Positions 19,784 through 28,875 of a DNA stretch of 64,000 bases are shown piece by piece. Within the stretch, counting starts at the first letter, position 1; every line of letters begins with the position of its first letter. A program made the position numbers and the translations under genes. A model generated the notes under the pieces. The model saw only the letters and a program-made list of their open reading frames with translations, ran no database searches and was not told the DNA's origin. Location of the stretch: the IMG/VR virus record IMGVR_UViG_3300047457_001149, positions 26,358 to 90,357 of that record; one strand, written 5' to 3'. The stretch is from a virus.

Positions 19784-21045
19784 CAGTACGGAGTCCCGTC
19801 GCCCCAAACGCCTCGCGAATAGTCGTAGACGTGCGGCTCAAAGTTAGAGACTTGCGGGAAGATAGGCGTAACTGTCTGCGCGCCTCGGTTGGTCGTAGCA
19901 GCGCGAACGCCAGTCTGCGCGGCTTCCGAGTGGGCCATTCTTTCGCGGCTGACGAACAGTTCTCGGCGTGACTGCCCCTGCATGTCCGAGGACCTCTCGG
20001 GCGCAGCGAGCCTCAGATACGCCCCCATGGCAATCGCCGTTTGCCCCGCTGTGTCCAGCTGTCCGATTGCTACCCGTGCTTCATCTCGCGCGGCGAGCGC
20101 CCGAGGAGCTTCGGCGGTTCGGAATATCTCCGTTGCCAGGTCGTAGCTGCCCTCGGTGTCGATCTGCACCAGCATGGGTTCGTCGTCCGTCCGGTAGTAC
20201 TGGAACGGGCTCTTGGTTTGATTGCGCCACGCGCCGTTTGAAAAGTTGAGCAACTTATCTACCGCAAGCGTCTGCCCGGCGGTGTAAACCGTAGCCAGCA
20301 CCCCAGGGGTGGCGGTGTTGTCGAAGTTTCTCCGGATTTCTGGAAAGGCCACGTAAAGTTTGGCCAGTAGAACGACTAGTGTGTCGATTTGAGGATCGGT
20401 GTACGGCAGCTCGAAGTACTCGCGCACAAGGCCGCGCAGGTAGTCCGCGCGAAGGATTCCCAAGGCGCCTTCCAGCCCAACGAAGATTGCGTCGTCGTGC
20501 CTTGCGGGGATGGTCGTCGTTTTGTAGTCGAGCGCGGGTCCTACAGAAATGTTTCCCAGCCGATCGATCAGAAAGTGATACGCCGGCCCTGCCCCTCGCG
20601 TCGTCATGTTCTGCGGCGTCACTGCCTGCTTCTCTGCTGAATTCGTAAAGTCATCGAGTTCGGCAGAGACGAGCACGTTCGCGTCGTCGGGGTGGGGAGC
20701 GACGCCGTGCGGGGCCTGCCTCTGCGTGCGAATTGTCCGGTTTTGACGCGAGGTGAAGCGGCGGCGATCCAGCTCCAGCCCGTAGGCGCAGACGACGATC
20801 TGTCGGATGGTTCGCGGCTCTTCGTCGTCCGGCGGGATTACGTGCGCCGGGTGCGCGTTCAGGTAAGAAAATTGAATCGTCTCTTGAAAACCGATGTCGC
20901 TGAGCAGGCGCGGTGGGGTGCCAGTGTTGCCAACGCGCGGCTCCAGATTGGCGTACTGCGTGACGGTCCGCCTCTGATCGTTCGACCGGCGACTGAGCGC
21001 CGCGACGATCGAGTCTATGCCGGCGGCGGGCGAGGGATCAGGCAT
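19783..21045 (-). CDS. Degenerate N-acetylmuramoyl-L-alanine amidase-like virion protein
   Basis: IRQIVVC, AYHFLIDRLGNI, AIFVGLEG, YTDPQIDTLVVLL resemble Amidase_2 motifs; first Zn-ligand His is absent. Confidence 0.55.
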   Translation of the reverse strand: MPDPSPAAGIDSIVAALSRRSNDQRRTVTQYANLEPRVGNTGTPPRLLSDIGFQETIQFSYLNAHPAHVIPPDDEEPRTIRQIVVCAYGLELDRRRFTSRQNRTIRTQRQAPHGVAPHPDDANVLVSAELDDFTNSAEKQAVTPQNMTTRGAGPAYHFLIDRLGNISVGPALDYKTTTIPARHDDAIFVGLEGALGILRADYLRGLVREYFELPYTDPQIDTLVVLLAKLYVAFPEIRRNFDNTATPGVLATVYTAGQTLAVDKLLNFSNGAWRNQTKSPFQYYRTDDEPMLVQIDTEGSYDLATEIFRTAEAPRALAARDEARVAIGQLDTAGQTAIAMGAYLRLAAPERSSDMQGQSRRELFVSRERMAHSEAAQTGVRAATTNRGAQTVTPIFPQVSNFEPHVYDYSRGVWGDGTPY

Positions 21046-21049
21046 GCAG

Positions 21050-21748
21050 CTATCGTAGCCGCTGCGCCTTTTCGAGCAAGGCTTTGATCTGATTGAGCTG
21101 GTAGGACAGTTGTCCCTGCGTCAGCCCGGTCTCGTGCATGATGCCGGCGGCGTTCTTTACGGCGTTACCGTTGTAGCCCGTTCGCATCTCAAAGATCTTC
21201 TTCTGCACCGGCGTCATGTCGTGGTAGGCGAGGTGCACGACCTCCGGGTCGTCCATGTACATCATGAAGGCGGGCCCGTCCCCTGACTCCATGTACTCGC
21301 GCTTCCCGACGAGCTCGACGACGCTCTGCAGCCGTTTCGGAGGCAGCCGCATGTGGTCGGCGATCTCGTCAATCGACGGTGGTCTGCCGTGCATGTCTTC
21401 CAGCTGGCTTTTTGCCTTGACGTAGTTGTTGAAGAGGAGCCGCTTCTGCTCTGGCACGGACACCGACGACTGCCGCGCGTAAGCGGTGCGCGAGAGCTTT
21501 TGGAGCTGGTTGGTGACGTGCGTCGAGAGCGCGGTCCCGGCGTTCGGGTTGTAGGTCTCGAACGCCTTGATCGCCAGCAGTTTGGCCTCGTTCTCCAGCA
21601 TCGTCTGCGGAAGGATGTTGCTCCAGCGCGAGCTCTCGCGTCTGATGACTGGCGCCATCTGCTTGAGCAGCGCTTCCAGGTCCTGCTGGGACCGCGTCTG
21701 CTTCCACTTCTTCCAGAGCTCTAGGTCTTTGCTCTTCGTGTCGTCCAT
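21050..21748 (-). CDS. Phage RNA polymerase sigma factor (sigma70 family, FliA/WhiG/SigF-like)
   Basis: Region 2 AIKAFETYNPNAGTALSTHV, region 3 HGRPPSIDEIADHM, region 4-like C-terminus. Confidence 0.85.
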   Translation of the reverse strand: MDDTKSKDLELWKKWKQTRSQQDLEALLKQMAPVIRRESSRWSNILPQTMLENEAKLLAIKAFETYNPNAGTALSTHVTNQLQKLSRTAYARQSSVSVPEQKRLLFNNYVKAKSQLEDMHGRPPSIDEIADHMRLPPKRLQSVVELVGKREYMESGDGPAFMMYMDDPEVVHLAYHDMTPVQKKIFEMRTGYNGNAVKNAAGIMHETGLTQGQLSYQLNQIKALLEKAQRLR

Positions 21749-21756
21749 GGCCGGCC

Positions 21757-24700
21757 TCAGGTCGTGGGACTGAGAAGGTTGCGCACCCGATCTCGGTAGA
21801 GCTCCAAGAGCGTGTCCCAGTTTGCGCGAGTTTCAGGATATTCGCCTGCGACGCCTTTGTTTTCCGCCGTCGGCAGAATCTCGGGTCCAGTCGTGTATCC
21901 TCGTTCAGCCTCAGCCGGGGGCTGCCCTGGTCCGAGTCGCAGCCTAAAGATTCGTCCGTAGTAAGTGGCGGAGGCGCGGCTCACGTTGCCTCGCGTCTGC
22001 GTCCCGTCGGCGTTCTGCCGGGTGACATCCTGCAAGCGCAAGCGCCCGTACGCGAGCTCAGTTTGAGGGTCGGCTACGAGGCCCGCGCGCAGCAACTCAT
22101 TGATCGTGCGGCCGCCGTGCCAGAATCGAATGTAGTCTTCCAGGCTGCACGCGGGGCGTGACGCCAGTTGCATGGCGATGTGGTAGTTATCAAAGGCCTC
22201 CGCGTACGCCGTTCCCGGGCGAGGGCTGATCGGCCCCAGGTCTTCAAGGTTGTTCTCTGCTGGAGTGGCCTCGGCAGTGTCCGCGGCCGCGGCGGCAGCT
22301 TGCGGCTGAGCTTGCGTCCCGTCCCCCGAAAGAATCTCTCGAACTTCCTGCGGCGTTACGGCGTTCGTCAAGCGGACGGGAATGTTAGGCAAACCCGCAA
22401 TGTCGCTGTGGCGCGCTTGCGCATTCCTGTCTCCCTGCGTAGCCGGTCCAGCTTCCGGCATTGAGGTGGCTGTGCGCGCCTGTTCCTGTCGCGCGGCCCG
22501 CGCGGCAGCTTGGTTATCGATGATCGTCGAGTACGTGTCGCCCGTAATGACGATGTCTTCGCCACGGATGCCCTTGGAGAAAGTCAGCACGGCGTCCCAG
22601 CGAAAGCAGGCGAGCGTGCGCCGGGGAGGTTGTCCCCCGTAGAGAAGTTTTTGGTAGAACTCTTCCGCTTTTGAGTCATCTTGGATGACTGCGCGGATCT
22701 CATCGATGATTTCAGCCGGGGCGGAGGTGACGCGCCCGTTGAAGCGCGCGGCGTCGAGCCTTACGTCGTAAATGAACTCTTGGATCGTGCGGCAGAACTG
22801 CATTCGAACGACGGTCGACATCGAGGCCCCGCCCGTACCCGCGTTGGCCGAGTGACTGACGCCGACGACGTAGCCTACCGAGTGCATGCCCGTGCGCTGG
22901 CTGTCAAACAGCATCGCCGGGAAGCCGACGACGAGATACGGGTTGAACCGCAAGTTTGCCCCGGCGGAGCGCTGCGCGTAGCGCTGCTTCAGGTACTCAT
23001 ACTGCGCGTACAGCTTGAAGAGTTCGGAGAATTCTTCTCCTTGTTGGACCGCTTCTGTTGAAGACAGCGCGCCTACGCCTTCCCCGGTCGGAGCTGTCGC
23101 CCCCGTCGCGGTGGCATCCGTAATGTTTATCGAGAGCAGCTGCGCGTTCTCTGGCGGAAACAAGGGCTTCTGGTAAGCCGTCGCAATCGGCGCGCGAAAT
23201 TCAGTCAGAGCTGGGAGCTGGTTAGCGTCAATGAGGCGCTTCACGCGCGTGAAGTAGGTGCTCAAACTGCGCGTGCGCGCGATACCGGCAGAGAGCCCCC
23301 CAGCGTAGTAATTGATGTAGCCGAGGTGCATGTAGAAGAGGTCAGGCCGAATCCCGCCCAAGCGATCCCAGTAGCTCGACGCATACACGCCGCCATCAAT
23401 CAAGATCTGAGCGAGTGCCGGAGGGGCGCGCCCCGTAAGCATCGTTTGCAGCGCGGCCATGTATGAAGAGTTAGAGCTGAACATCGCCCACATGTTCGTG
23501 AGCGCGTCGTCGAAGCTAGTACCGGCGACAAAAGCTCTAGGCGGCGTAGCCCAGGGATTGACCGTCCACGCCCGGGCGGGATACGTGCGGTATTGACGCT
23601 GATTCGCAATCGCCCACGAAACGAAAGTTTTGCAGCCGGTCTCCGTGAATACGATCCACGTAAAACCGAACGCGGCAGCAGTCATCTGATCCTGCGTCAA
23701 ACCGTTGAAAGGCGCTTCGCGAGACAAGCGGTCTCGAATCGCCACGGTCAGCATAGCGAGCCGGGTGTCGAGGTTGTGCACCGGAAGCCAGCGTGGCGGG
23801 AACCCGTCGCGGTTAGGCCGCCCCCGCCTTGGCGGGCTCCCTGAGGGACGGCTTGGCGGGAAGTCAGGGTTTTCGCGCATGGGCCACGGCGCTGTCGCTT
23901 CCGGCGGCACGAAGCGCGCCGGGTCAAGCCCCGAACCGCGCTGAAGGCAGTCGCGGACAACGTTCGACCCGCCGACTGTCAGCCGCGTGACCGTTCGTCC
24001 GCGCTCGGCGCCGCCAATCAGGACTTGAGCGGGCACGGCATAGGCCGGCATCGACGAGGCGTCTCCAACGCCCCCTGCGCGCCGCGTCTCGGGGGTAGTA
24101 GTGGCCGCCTGAGACCCGGGCAAAGGGGCTCCGGTCGGCGGTGTGGCGGCTCCGCCGGCGGCGACGGCGGCTCCGGCCGCGCCCTGAGGTGTCGACGGCG
24201 TTCCTGCTCGAAGGACGCCCTGCCCGGGGGTAGTCACAATGAAGGGTTGCTGCGCGGCCGCCACAGACGCGGTCAAAGGCGTCGGGGCGGGGGCTTGATA
24301 GGGGGCTTGGGTATTCGCGGGAGTGGCTCCTGTTGATCGCCCCTGGTTGGCAAACTGCTGGAGCATCTGAAACCACGACGGAAGCTCTGCGCGGGATGTG
24401 ACGGGGCCTTTGAAAAACTCTTCCGGCCAGATCAGCAGGTTACGCCCCGACTCTCCACCGTGCTCAGAGGGGCTGATCTGCGCTTCCTGCAGCTGCCCGA
24501 CCTTATGGTGCAAGATTGCGTTTGCTTCTTCCGGCCAACCCACTGTGAGCGCGTGCAGCATGAACTCCGCGTTCGGGCCCTGCGCGCGAAGCGATCGCGC
24601 CATCACGCTGTCATTGATGTAAACGCGCGTCGGTTGGTTGATGTACGACTCATCGAAGGTCCAGGAGTCGATCATCGACGGCATGATGACGTTGCACGCA

Positions 24701-26190
24701 GGAGTTTCGCCGAAGAAGAAATTTGGCTTCACGAAGTACTGAGCCAAGCGGATTGGCTCAGTGGTCTCCGCTACTGCGATGTCCGCCACGTTGTTTGCGG
24801 CGCGAGCGAGCATGTCGTCTCGCACGCGGTTGACGTACTCGGTGGTGATTTCGGCGTCTGTTTGTTGTTGCGCACGCTCAGTAGCTGCTCGTATCTCGTC
24901 TTCGCTGCGAAAAGAGTTGATGACTTCGCTCTGCCCAACGCTGTTCGACAGCAAGCGCTGCGCGGCGGCCGGCAGCGATGGAAGCCCTGCGATGGGCCGT
25001 GCTGCTTGCTCTCGCAGGGCGGCGTCTCGCTGAGCCGCCGCAGCGGCGGCCGTTTCTTGACGAGCTTGCACCGCGCCGATCGCTTGTCGGAGAAATGGGT
25101 CAGTCGCCTCGTCGTTAGTTCGCGCTTGCCCTCGCCTGTACGTCGTAAGGGGATCGAGGGGCGACAAGGGGCGTAGGATTTTACCTTCTTCAGGCTGGTT
25201 GGGAGCCAAGGGAGACAGCTTGACACGAACGCACACGGGGTTCGTGATCATCGCGATCTCCATGTAGACGAGCGAGAGGACTTGTTGGAGCGTGTTCCAG
25301 ACCGGGCCGGAAGACCCCGTCTGCGCCGAAATCTGCCGTTGCATAGCGACCAGCGCCTGGTCGTTTCTCGCGGCGTTAAAGATCGGGAAGACGCCCTTAC
25401 GGTCGTTGAGCTTGTCCGCGTCTTCCAAAAGAGGCAGGCGCACCCAGCGGTTTTGAAAGCGGGTCTTACGAATGTGCCGCGCGAAGAAGTTCATCATCGG
25501 CACGGCACGGCGCTCAATCGGCACTTGCGTAGAGATGACGCCCTTGATCACGTTGGTCACAAGTTCGTAGGCGCACAGGATCTCTGCGGTTCCCTCCGGC
25601 GTGTTTGGGTCCGGCGTGGCCTGAATTGTCGTGGTCGCCCCGATGGCTCGACCGCTGGCGTCGTAGCGTACGGACGCTGTTTGCGCTTGGGCGCTCGTCG
25701 TAAGAAGGCCTTGGTGAAAGAGGGCGTAAGGGTAAAGCAAGCCGGGGACAGAGAGCGCTTGAGTCATCATCGTCGGGTCCCGCGACGCGACGATGTCGTC
25801 GACATTCGTCATGAAGAAGAAGTAAAGCTGCTGGAAGATATGGATGTGCGCGAGGCAGCTGAACGCTACTGTCCGCGAACCGGTAGACGACGAGAAGTGC
25901 CAGCCGACGATTTCGCCGTCCACCAACAGGCGGAACTTAGGCTTGTCCTCGGCCCAGTAATCTAGGTAGAAGATCTGCACGGGAATGCGGTCTTCCGTGC
26001 CGAGGCGTTGAATCGCGGGATCGGGCAGGCAGTAGATTGTGAAGCTCGGGACTTGCCAAACCTGCGAGTCCACTTGCCACCCCATGACGGGGACCTCTAC
26101 GCCGTTGATGTAGCAGACCCAGGCCCCCGCGTAGTGCGGGACGTCTGAGAAAACTGCTCCGGATCGCGTCGCGGTGGGGTCAAAGGACAT
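21757..26190 (-). CDS. Baseplate hub-like protein with a possible inserted muramidase domain
   Basis: 1477 aa; CYINGVEVPV start, PACNVIMP, FNPYLVVGFPAMLFD hub-like motifs; central Pro/Ala linker and ETG-containing insert. Confidence 0.6.
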   Translation of the reverse strand: MSFDPTATRSGAVFSDVPHYAGAWVCYINGVEVPVMGWQVDSQVWQVPSFTIYCLPDPAIQRLGTEDRIPVQIFYLDYWAEDKPKFRLLVDGEIVGWHFSSSTGSRTVAFSCLAHIHIFQQLYFFFMTNVDDIVASRDPTMMTQALSVPGLLYPYALFHQGLLTTSAQAQTASVRYDASGRAIGATTTIQATPDPNTPEGTAEILCAYELVTNVIKGVISTQVPIERRAVPMMNFFARHIRKTRFQNRWVRLPLLEDADKLNDRKGVFPIFNAARNDQALVAMQRQISAQTGSSGPVWNTLQQVLSLVYMEIAMITNPVCVRVKLSPLAPNQPEEGKILRPLSPLDPLTTYRRGQARTNDEATDPFLRQAIGAVQARQETAAAAAAQRDAALREQAARPIAGLPSLPAAAQRLLSNSVGQSEVINSFRSEDEIRAATERAQQQTDAEITTEYVNRVRDDMLARAANNVADIAVAETTEPIRLAQYFVKPNFFFGETPACNVIMPSMIDSWTFDESYINQPTRVYINDSVMARSLRAQGPNAEFMLHALTVGWPEEANAILHHKVGQLQEAQISPSEHGGESGRNLLIWPEEFFKGPVTSRAELPSWFQMLQQFANQGRSTGATPANTQAPYQAPAPTPLTASVAAAQQPFIVTTPGQGVLRAGTPSTPQGAAGAAVAAGGAATPPTGAPLPGSQAATTTPETRRAGGVGDASSMPAYAVPAQVLIGGAERGRTVTRLTVGGSNVVRDCLQRGSGLDPARFVPPEATAPWPMRENPDFPPSRPSGSPPRRGRPNRDGFPPRWLPVHNLDTRLAMLTVAIRDRLSREAPFNGLTQDQMTAAAFGFTWIVFTETGCKTFVSWAIANQRQYRTYPARAWTVNPWATPPRAFVAGTSFDDALTNMWAMFSSNSSYMAALQTMLTGRAPPALAQILIDGGVYASSYWDRLGGIRPDLFYMHLGYINYYAGGLSAGIARTRSLSTYFTRVKRLIDANQLPALTEFRAPIATAYQKPLFPPENAQLLSINITDATATGATAPTGEGVGALSSTEAVQQGEEFSELFKLYAQYEYLKQRYAQRSAGANLRFNPYLVVGFPAMLFDSQRTGMHSVGYVVGVSHSANAGTGGASMSTVVRMQFCRTIQEFIYDVRLDAARFNGRVTSAPAEIIDEIRAVIQDDSKAEEFYQKLLYGGQPPRRTLACFRWDAVLTFSKGIRGEDIVITGDTYSTIIDNQAAARAARQEQARTATSMPEAGPATQGDRNAQARHSDIAGLPNIPVRLTNAVTPQEVREILSGDGTQAQPQAAAAAADTAEATPAENNLEDLGPISPRPGTAYAEAFDNYHIAMQLASRPACSLEDYIRFWHGGRTINELLRAGLVADPQTELAYGRLRLQDVTRQNADGTQTRGNVSRASATYYGRIFRLRLGPGQPPAEAERGYTTGPEILPTAENKGVAGEYPETRANWDTLLELYRDRVRNLLSPTT

Positions 26191-26202
26191 GACCCTCTGA
26201 TG

Positions 26203-27327
26203 TTACTCTGCGAGCGGGATTGCGTATAGGAGCGCGGCGGCGACGGCGCCCAGCCGGTTGCTGGCGCCTTGAGATTCCCAAGCGCGCAGGAGGAGCTCCG
26301 CTTCTTCTGGGAGTGCTTGTCCGATAGCGACGAGCTCCCGAAGGAAAAGCTCAAACAGCGGCGCGACGGGGGCCACGCTTTCGTAGGCTGTCTCAGGGCT
26401 CACCAGGTCCTTTGCTTGTAGGCGAGAGACCTCCGCGCGCAGGCGCGCAGCGTCCGGCAGATACCCGGCGATAGAGGCGAGACTAGACACTTGAACGGCG
26501 TAAAAGAGCAATACGGCGAACGAGGCGGTCGACTGCGGAGGGCGCAGCGCGTTGAGGGCGGCTTGCCGGAACGTCTCGGTGAGGGCGCGCGCATTTGAGT
26601 AGTCGAGGTTCGTCAGCTGAAGGGCGGCGTCGCGGGTAGTGGTCTGGTCGAAGACTGGGTTAAACGACCAGGCGTACGTTCTAGTGGCGATGAGCGCGCT
26701 AGAGCTCTTAAAGCCGACTTCTACAGACACGTCTACGGGCTCGTCTTCTGGAAAATGGCGACGCGAGCTGACGTTTAGTGAAAGAAGAGAAGAGATCAGA
26801 AAGGACGAGCCGGAAAAGTCAGGGCGAACGAAGCCGGTGAAGCTGTCATAAGCCACGCTACCGTCTATGACGACTTGCGCGCTCTCAATGCTGAGCGGAC
26901 TGCTGGTGCTGACTGTCAGCAGGACCGGCGAAGTAGGAGAAACTTGCGTCGCTCCCGGCGTTGGACTTCTCGCAAGTAGGAGCGCGTCGCCAGCGAGGTG
27001 TGACCGCGCGACGGTCAGGGTGGAGGTGGCGCTGTCTGCGTAGGTTGTCGTAAAAATGAACGCCTCGCCTTGGACGGCGGGCGAGGTGAGCTGCAGCTGC
27101 ACGTCCAAGACCGTTCCTGAGTAGGCGACGGCGACAGAGAAGGTGGGGTGCAGAAAGGTCGTTACGCCGTTAACGGCGGTGTAGATCACTCCAGTCCCGG
27201 CGCGACTTACAGACAGTGTCCGACTGCCTGGAGTAGAAAGCGGCGAGATCCCCTCAACTCGTATTGACCAAGTGGGGGAGCGATCGACGAGGAGCTTGTC
27301 GGGCGGGGTTTGAGTGAGGGTGGTCAT
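26203..27327 (-). CDS. Hypothetical virion protein (Ig-like domains)
   Basis: 374 aa Ser/Thr/Val-rich; RSPTPGATQVSPTSPV Ig-like start motif. Confidence 0.6.
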   Translation of the reverse strand: MTTLTQTPPDKLLVDRSPTWSIRVEGISPLSTPGSRTLSVSRAGTGVIYTAVNGVTTFLHPTFSVAVAYSGTVLDVQLQLTSPAVQGEAFIFTTTYADSATSTLTVARSHLAGDALLLARSPTPGATQVSPTSPVLLTVSTSSPLSIESAQVVIDGSVAYDSFTGFVRPDFSGSSFLISSLLSLNVSSRRHFPEDEPVDVSVEVGFKSSSALIATRTYAWSFNPVFDQTTTRDAALQLTNLDYSNARALTETFRQAALNALRPPQSTASFAVLLFYAVQVSSLASIAGYLPDAARLRAEVSRLQAKDLVSPETAYESVAPVAPLFELFLRELVAIGQALPEEAELLLRAWESQGASNRLGAVAAALLYAIPLAE

Positions 27328-28616
27328 CGCAACAAGTCCCTCACGTCTTGTTGAGAGACGTAACCGCTGGCAAAGGGCGAGGGCGCGGAGAACGTCGCCG
27401 TCTCCGGGCGCCCGCTAGTCTGAGCGGATACTTGAGATGTCTGCGCCTGCGTCGCCCTTGTCGCCGCGTTGTTCTGCCCGTTGGCGGGCGTATACAGGAG
27501 GCCTTGATTCGCTGGCGTACTGACGGGGCCTACGGACCTGGTGCCCGTCACGCTACCGCTCGGATTCGAAGGCCCGCTCTGCGCCGCGCGCTGCTGTGCC
27601 GCTTGCTGCGCCTGTCGCCGCTCAGCCGCGTTTGGCCCTTGAGGAGTCGGCTGCGTTTGCGCCGACGCTTGCTCAGTCACGGCGTCTGTAGGCGCCGGGG
27701 GTTGCGCGGTTCGCGGGTCCGCCGAGCGCTCCGGTACGGGCCCGCCCTGGCCTTCCGAAAGGCGCGTAAGAACGCTTGCGATCGCGGCGCGCGAGCCGCG
27801 CGGCATGCGCCGGCCGTCGTACGGGATGGCATTCGGGTCGGCCGCGAAGGGAGTGTCCGCGCGCGTAGGAACCCAGCCGCTGGTGTAGTTAACGATCGCG
27901 ACGCGCTTAACCAGAAGTTGAAACTGAAAGGGAACGGCTGTTTCGGAGGTCGCCTGCAACGTGAAGTTCGTAGTGACGATGGCGCCTGTAATGATGTACG
28001 AGTCAATCTTCAGGCTGACTACTTTCTGCCGCCTTGCGAGCTGCGTGCCGCGAAGCACTTCAAGGTAGAGGCGCAGGAAGTTGGTGGCTTGATCGTCTTG
28101 GACAGAGTTGAGGAGCCATCCGTTAAACGTCCACATCGGCGGCGACTGGCCGAAGAAATACGCGACGTAGTTGTCCGCGAGCGTTTCCTTGATGTCGACC
28201 TTTTCTTGCAGCGGCATGGACGCATGCAGGATGAAAAAGTCGAGGTAGCCGTTCGTCGCGACGGTCTGGTTGGCGCGTGTGTGCGTGTCGGCGCTGCCAG
28301 AGCCGCCCGTTGTTCGATCGGGCTGACGGGGCGTCGGATTACCTACGAGGCGCGGTATCAGCTGTTCTTTCGTATGGTCGTCGCTGACCGACGCCAGAAA
28401 CAAGTTCATCTCGGACGGGTCAACTCGAACGTAAAGTCGCGACAGCGTGTTTCGGTAGAAGTCGGTACGGTAGCCTCGCGTGTTGTCGGAATACTTCGCG
28501 GTCATGCCCTGCATGAAGTTGGCGAACACGCCGCCGGCTCCGCGAGCAGGGTTGTACTCGACGGTTTCGTTTGCTGAGGGGACTGAGTCCCTGCCGGGGG
28601 CGAAGACGAAGGTCAC
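27324..28616 (-). CDS. Tail tube initiator-like / baseplate protein
   Basis: YVAYFFGQSPPMWTFNGWLLN...LRGTQLAR; Gln/Pro/Ala-rich C-terminus; downstream of tape measure. Confidence 0.55.
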   Translation of the reverse strand: MTFVFAPGRDSVPSANETVEYNPARGAGGVFANFMQGMTAKYSDNTRGYRTDFYRNTLSRLYVRVDPSEMNLFLASVSDDHTKEQLIPRLVGNPTPRQPDRTTGGSGSADTHTRANQTVATNGYLDFFILHASMPLQEKVDIKETLADNYVAYFFGQSPPMWTFNGWLLNSVQDDQATNFLRLYLEVLRGTQLARRQKVVSLKIDSYIITGAIVTTNFTLQATSETAVPFQFQLLVKRVAIVNYTSGWVPTRADTPFAADPNAIPYDGRRMPRGSRAAIASVLTRLSEGQGGPVPERSADPRTAQPPAPTDAVTEQASAQTQPTPQGPNAAERRQAQQAAQQRAAQSGPSNPSGSVTGTRSVGPVSTPANQGLLYTPANGQNNAATRATQAQTSQVSAQTSGRPETATFSAPSPFASGYVSQQDVRDLLR

Positions 28617-28619
28617 GCG

Positions 28620-28868
28620 CTACTCCTGCTCTGTGTAACGGTAGATCGTGATGGGCCCCTGTTCGTAGACTACCGCCTTGGCCAATCGCCACATCGACGG
28701 AAAGTTCAGCGCCGGCGCCAACGCTTGCCGAAAGTTTTCGACAGTGGCCTCGTGCATAGCGTTGAGCACGTCGTAGGCCGTTGCCGGAATCTGCTCCGGT
28801 CGCAGTGGCGGGAGCGGGTCTGTCGGCGGCTCGATCGGGTTGTAATCTTGAGTCGGTTCTTGGGCCAC
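28620..28868 (-). CDS. Small hypothetical protein
   Basis: 82 aa filling the gap in the operon; AGGTGA RBS-like sequence. Confidence 0.55.
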   Translation of the reverse strand: MAQEPTQDYNPIEPPTDPLPPLRPEQIPATAYDVLNAMHEATVENFRQALAPALNFPSMWRLAKAVVYEQGPITIYRYTEQE

Positions 28869-28875
28869 GGGTCAC

